Below, piece after piece: positions 24,976 through 26,114 of a DNA stretch of 26,114 nt; the first letter of the stretch is position 1; each line of letters begins with the position of its first letter. Source of the stretch: a virus (taxonomy: Duplodnaviria > Caudoviricetes); the IMG/VR virus record IMGVR_UViG_3300020264_000041, positions 1 through 26,114 of that record; one strand, written 5' to 3'. The translations under genes and the position numbers were made by a program. The notes under the pieces are model-generated. The model ran no database searches. It was given only the letters and a program-made list of their open reading frames with translations, and had not been told where the DNA came from.

Positions 24976-25412
24976 TTTAAAAAGTCCGGTAAGACGTCAA
25001 ATGTTGCCATTGGGGCTCTAAGAGGCATTGTCGGCATTCCCGGCGTTCCCGTAGTTTGCGAATTATACCCCATCGGCTTAACGCCAATTAAATTTAAAAA
25101 CATACTCGAGGGACCTCCCTCAAATTTAGGACCACTCTGTCCGTAGCCAAAACCTCCGCCATCAACAGCGTCAGTCAAGTCTCTCCGCATCTGAACACCG
25201 GCAAGTCTAAATGGACCGCCTCTAACTGGGTATCCCTCACTTTCTGCAAGTGCAGCATATCTGTCTGCTATAAAGTCTGGGTCAAGACCTCCACTTCTAT
25301 AAGTGCCGAGAGGATCCGCTCGAATACTTTCTTCAGTTAAATCATAATATTCTTGAGTTCTGTCTTTCATTCCAAAACCCATCGCAAGTGCTTCTAGTAA
25401 ACCCATTGTCAT
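24972..25412 (-). CDS. Gly-rich hypothetical protein (starts MTMGLLEAL)
   Basis: 146 aa; ATGA overlaps at both ends; DGGG..G.SG.KFEGG motif. Confidence 0.75.
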   Translation of the reverse strand: MTMGLLEALAMGFGMKDRTQEYYDLTEESIRADPLGTYRSGGLDPDFIADRYAALAESEGYPVRGGPFRLAGVQMRRDLTDAVDGGGFGYGQSGPKFEGGPSSMFLNLIGVKPMGYNSQTTGTPGMPTMPLRAPMATFDVLPDFLK

Positions 25413-25636
25413 TTTTTAGACCCTTTCTTAGTCTTCCAGCTTATGCGCTTCGGTCCAGTTTTTCTTTTTGCCGCTTTTTTGGCGGCGGCTGTTTTGGCCT
25501 GACTTGCAGGGCGGCACGCTGGATACGGCCTACCCTTATCTTTCTTAGACTTTGTCCGGCCACACTTTTTTCCAGTCTTAACATCGCGCCAGTCCTGTTT
25601 AAACCACTTCGTTAATCCCCCGGATGATTTAGGCAT
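25409..25636 (-). CDS. Small basic phage protein (75 aa, DUF5872-like)
   Basis: GGLTKWFKQDW.DVKTGK.CGR...YPACRP; real start MPKSS at 25636 rather than the track start. Confidence 0.75.
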   Translation of the reverse strand: MPKSSGGLTKWFKQDWRDVKTGKKCGRTKSKKDKGRPYPACRPASQAKTAAAKKAAKRKTGPKRISWKTKKGSKK

Positions 25637-25784
25637 ACGTACCGCCGCGCTTTTTATACTCCCTAACAAGCCAAGCGTTTGCATATGCAGACGGATAGAC
25701 TTTAAATTTTTTCTTGGCTTCAGACTTTACCCGGGAGTACAGCTTCGGGTTTTTAGGCTTGGGCCCAGAAGATTTTTTAGGCAT
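25629..25784 (-). CDS. Small basic protein (51 aa, MPKKSSGPKPKNPKLYSRVK...YPSAYANAWLVREYKKRGGTYA)
   Basis: TAATG-coupled to the upstream gene; open frame; recognisable phage motif. Confidence 0.8.
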   Translation of the reverse strand: MPKKSSGPKPKNPKLYSRVKSEAKKKFKVYPSAYANAWLVREYKKRGGTYA

Positions 25785-25900
25785 TACTTTTTACCCTTCT
25801 TTTTGTAAGTAACTTTTTTACCTTTTTTCTTCGCTGCCTTCTTTGCAGCTTGCATTCCCTTGGTATTATATGGGTATGTTTTATTACCAACTTTTGGCAT
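25784..25900 (-). CDS. Lys-rich 38-aa protein (MPKVGNKTYPYNTKGMQAAKKAAKKKGKK...)
   Basis: AAGGAGG RBS; first gene of the operon. Confidence 0.8.
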   Translation of the reverse strand: MPKVGNKTYPYNTKGMQAAKKAAKKKGKKVTYKKKGKK

Positions 25901-25949
25901 GAGAAAACCTCCTTCATAAGTTTGCTCTATAATACATTATTTTTTAGTT

Positions 25950-25982
25950 AAATAAACCCCGTGCGTGGGAGGCCGCACGGGG
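25950..25982 (-). terminator. Rho-independent terminator
   Basis: CCCCGTGCG/CGCACGGGG 9-bp stem, loop GCCTCCCA, followed by TTTATTT. Confidence 0.75.
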
Positions 25983-26020
25983 GAGCTCCTAGGGCTCTAC
26001 GGCAGAAGGGAAACGCCGAT
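25950..26020 (-). ncRNA. Candidate sRNA B (about 70 nt, three hairpins with anti-SD loops)
   Basis: Promoter 26027-26055 directly upstream; no ORF; ends at the terminator. Confidence 0.55.
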
Positions 26021-26026
26021 AAATTT

Positions 26027-26055
26027 ATTGTGCCATTAATACGATTTTTTTTCAA
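26027..26055 (-). promoter_or_regulatory. Sigma70-type promoter with extended -10
   Basis: TTGAAA (26055-26050), 17 nt ending in TGG, CACAAT (26032-26027). Confidence 0.6.
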
Positions 26056-26102
26056 TTTCTTAAAAAAATAATATAAGGTATGGTTACCAACAGGAGTAAG
26101 AA

Positions 26103-26114
26103 ATGCCGTATAAA
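26103..26114 (+). CDS. 5' end of a divergent gene truncated by the window (MPYK...)
   Basis: AGGAG RBS; TTCAAT, 17 nt, TAAGGT promoter-like element at 26051-26079. Confidence 0.5.

Noticed and set aside
1-26114. tRNA, CRISPR array, integrase/att site, terminase, or stop-codon reassignment
   Set aside because: None recognised by eye. Genes tile the window in the standard code and all three stops are used. The terminase is presumably outside the window.

Overview
This 26 kb window is the morphogenesis and lysis half of a short-tailed (podovirus-like) dsDNA phage. A marine alphaproteobacterial host is inferred from gene content and regulatory motifs. One long minus-strand operon (about 25900 to 4915) runs in this order: small Lys/Arg-rich proteins, a tightly coupled cassette of stand-alone enzyme-like genes, P22-like portal, scaffold, major capsid, adaptor, tail fibre/adhesin genes, tail hub and three ejection proteins. 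An inverted plus-strand lysis cassette (749-2991) holds several membrane proteins, a holin and an M15 peptidase endolysin. It sits between two minus-strand clusters of small genes driven by near-identical promoters, one carrying a perfect CtrA-type box. The most notable observations are: (i) the pre-portal cassette, whose unrelated proteins (ART-like, HhH/glycosylase-like, polyvalent-protein-like) share N-terminal [GS]LL[DE] and C-terminal ILxY[LF]x[ST] tags, suggesting a modular capsid-loaded effector system; (ii) two promoter-to-terminator ORF-free units of about 65-70 nt, both carrying the anti-Shine-Dalgarno motif CUCCCA, which are candidate phage sRNAs; (iii) a type-1-copper (cupredoxin-like) domain inserted in the tail hub, a tail fibre with seven HxH motifs, and an EF-hand membrane protein next to the holin. 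Family names come from motif recognition only; no searches were run.
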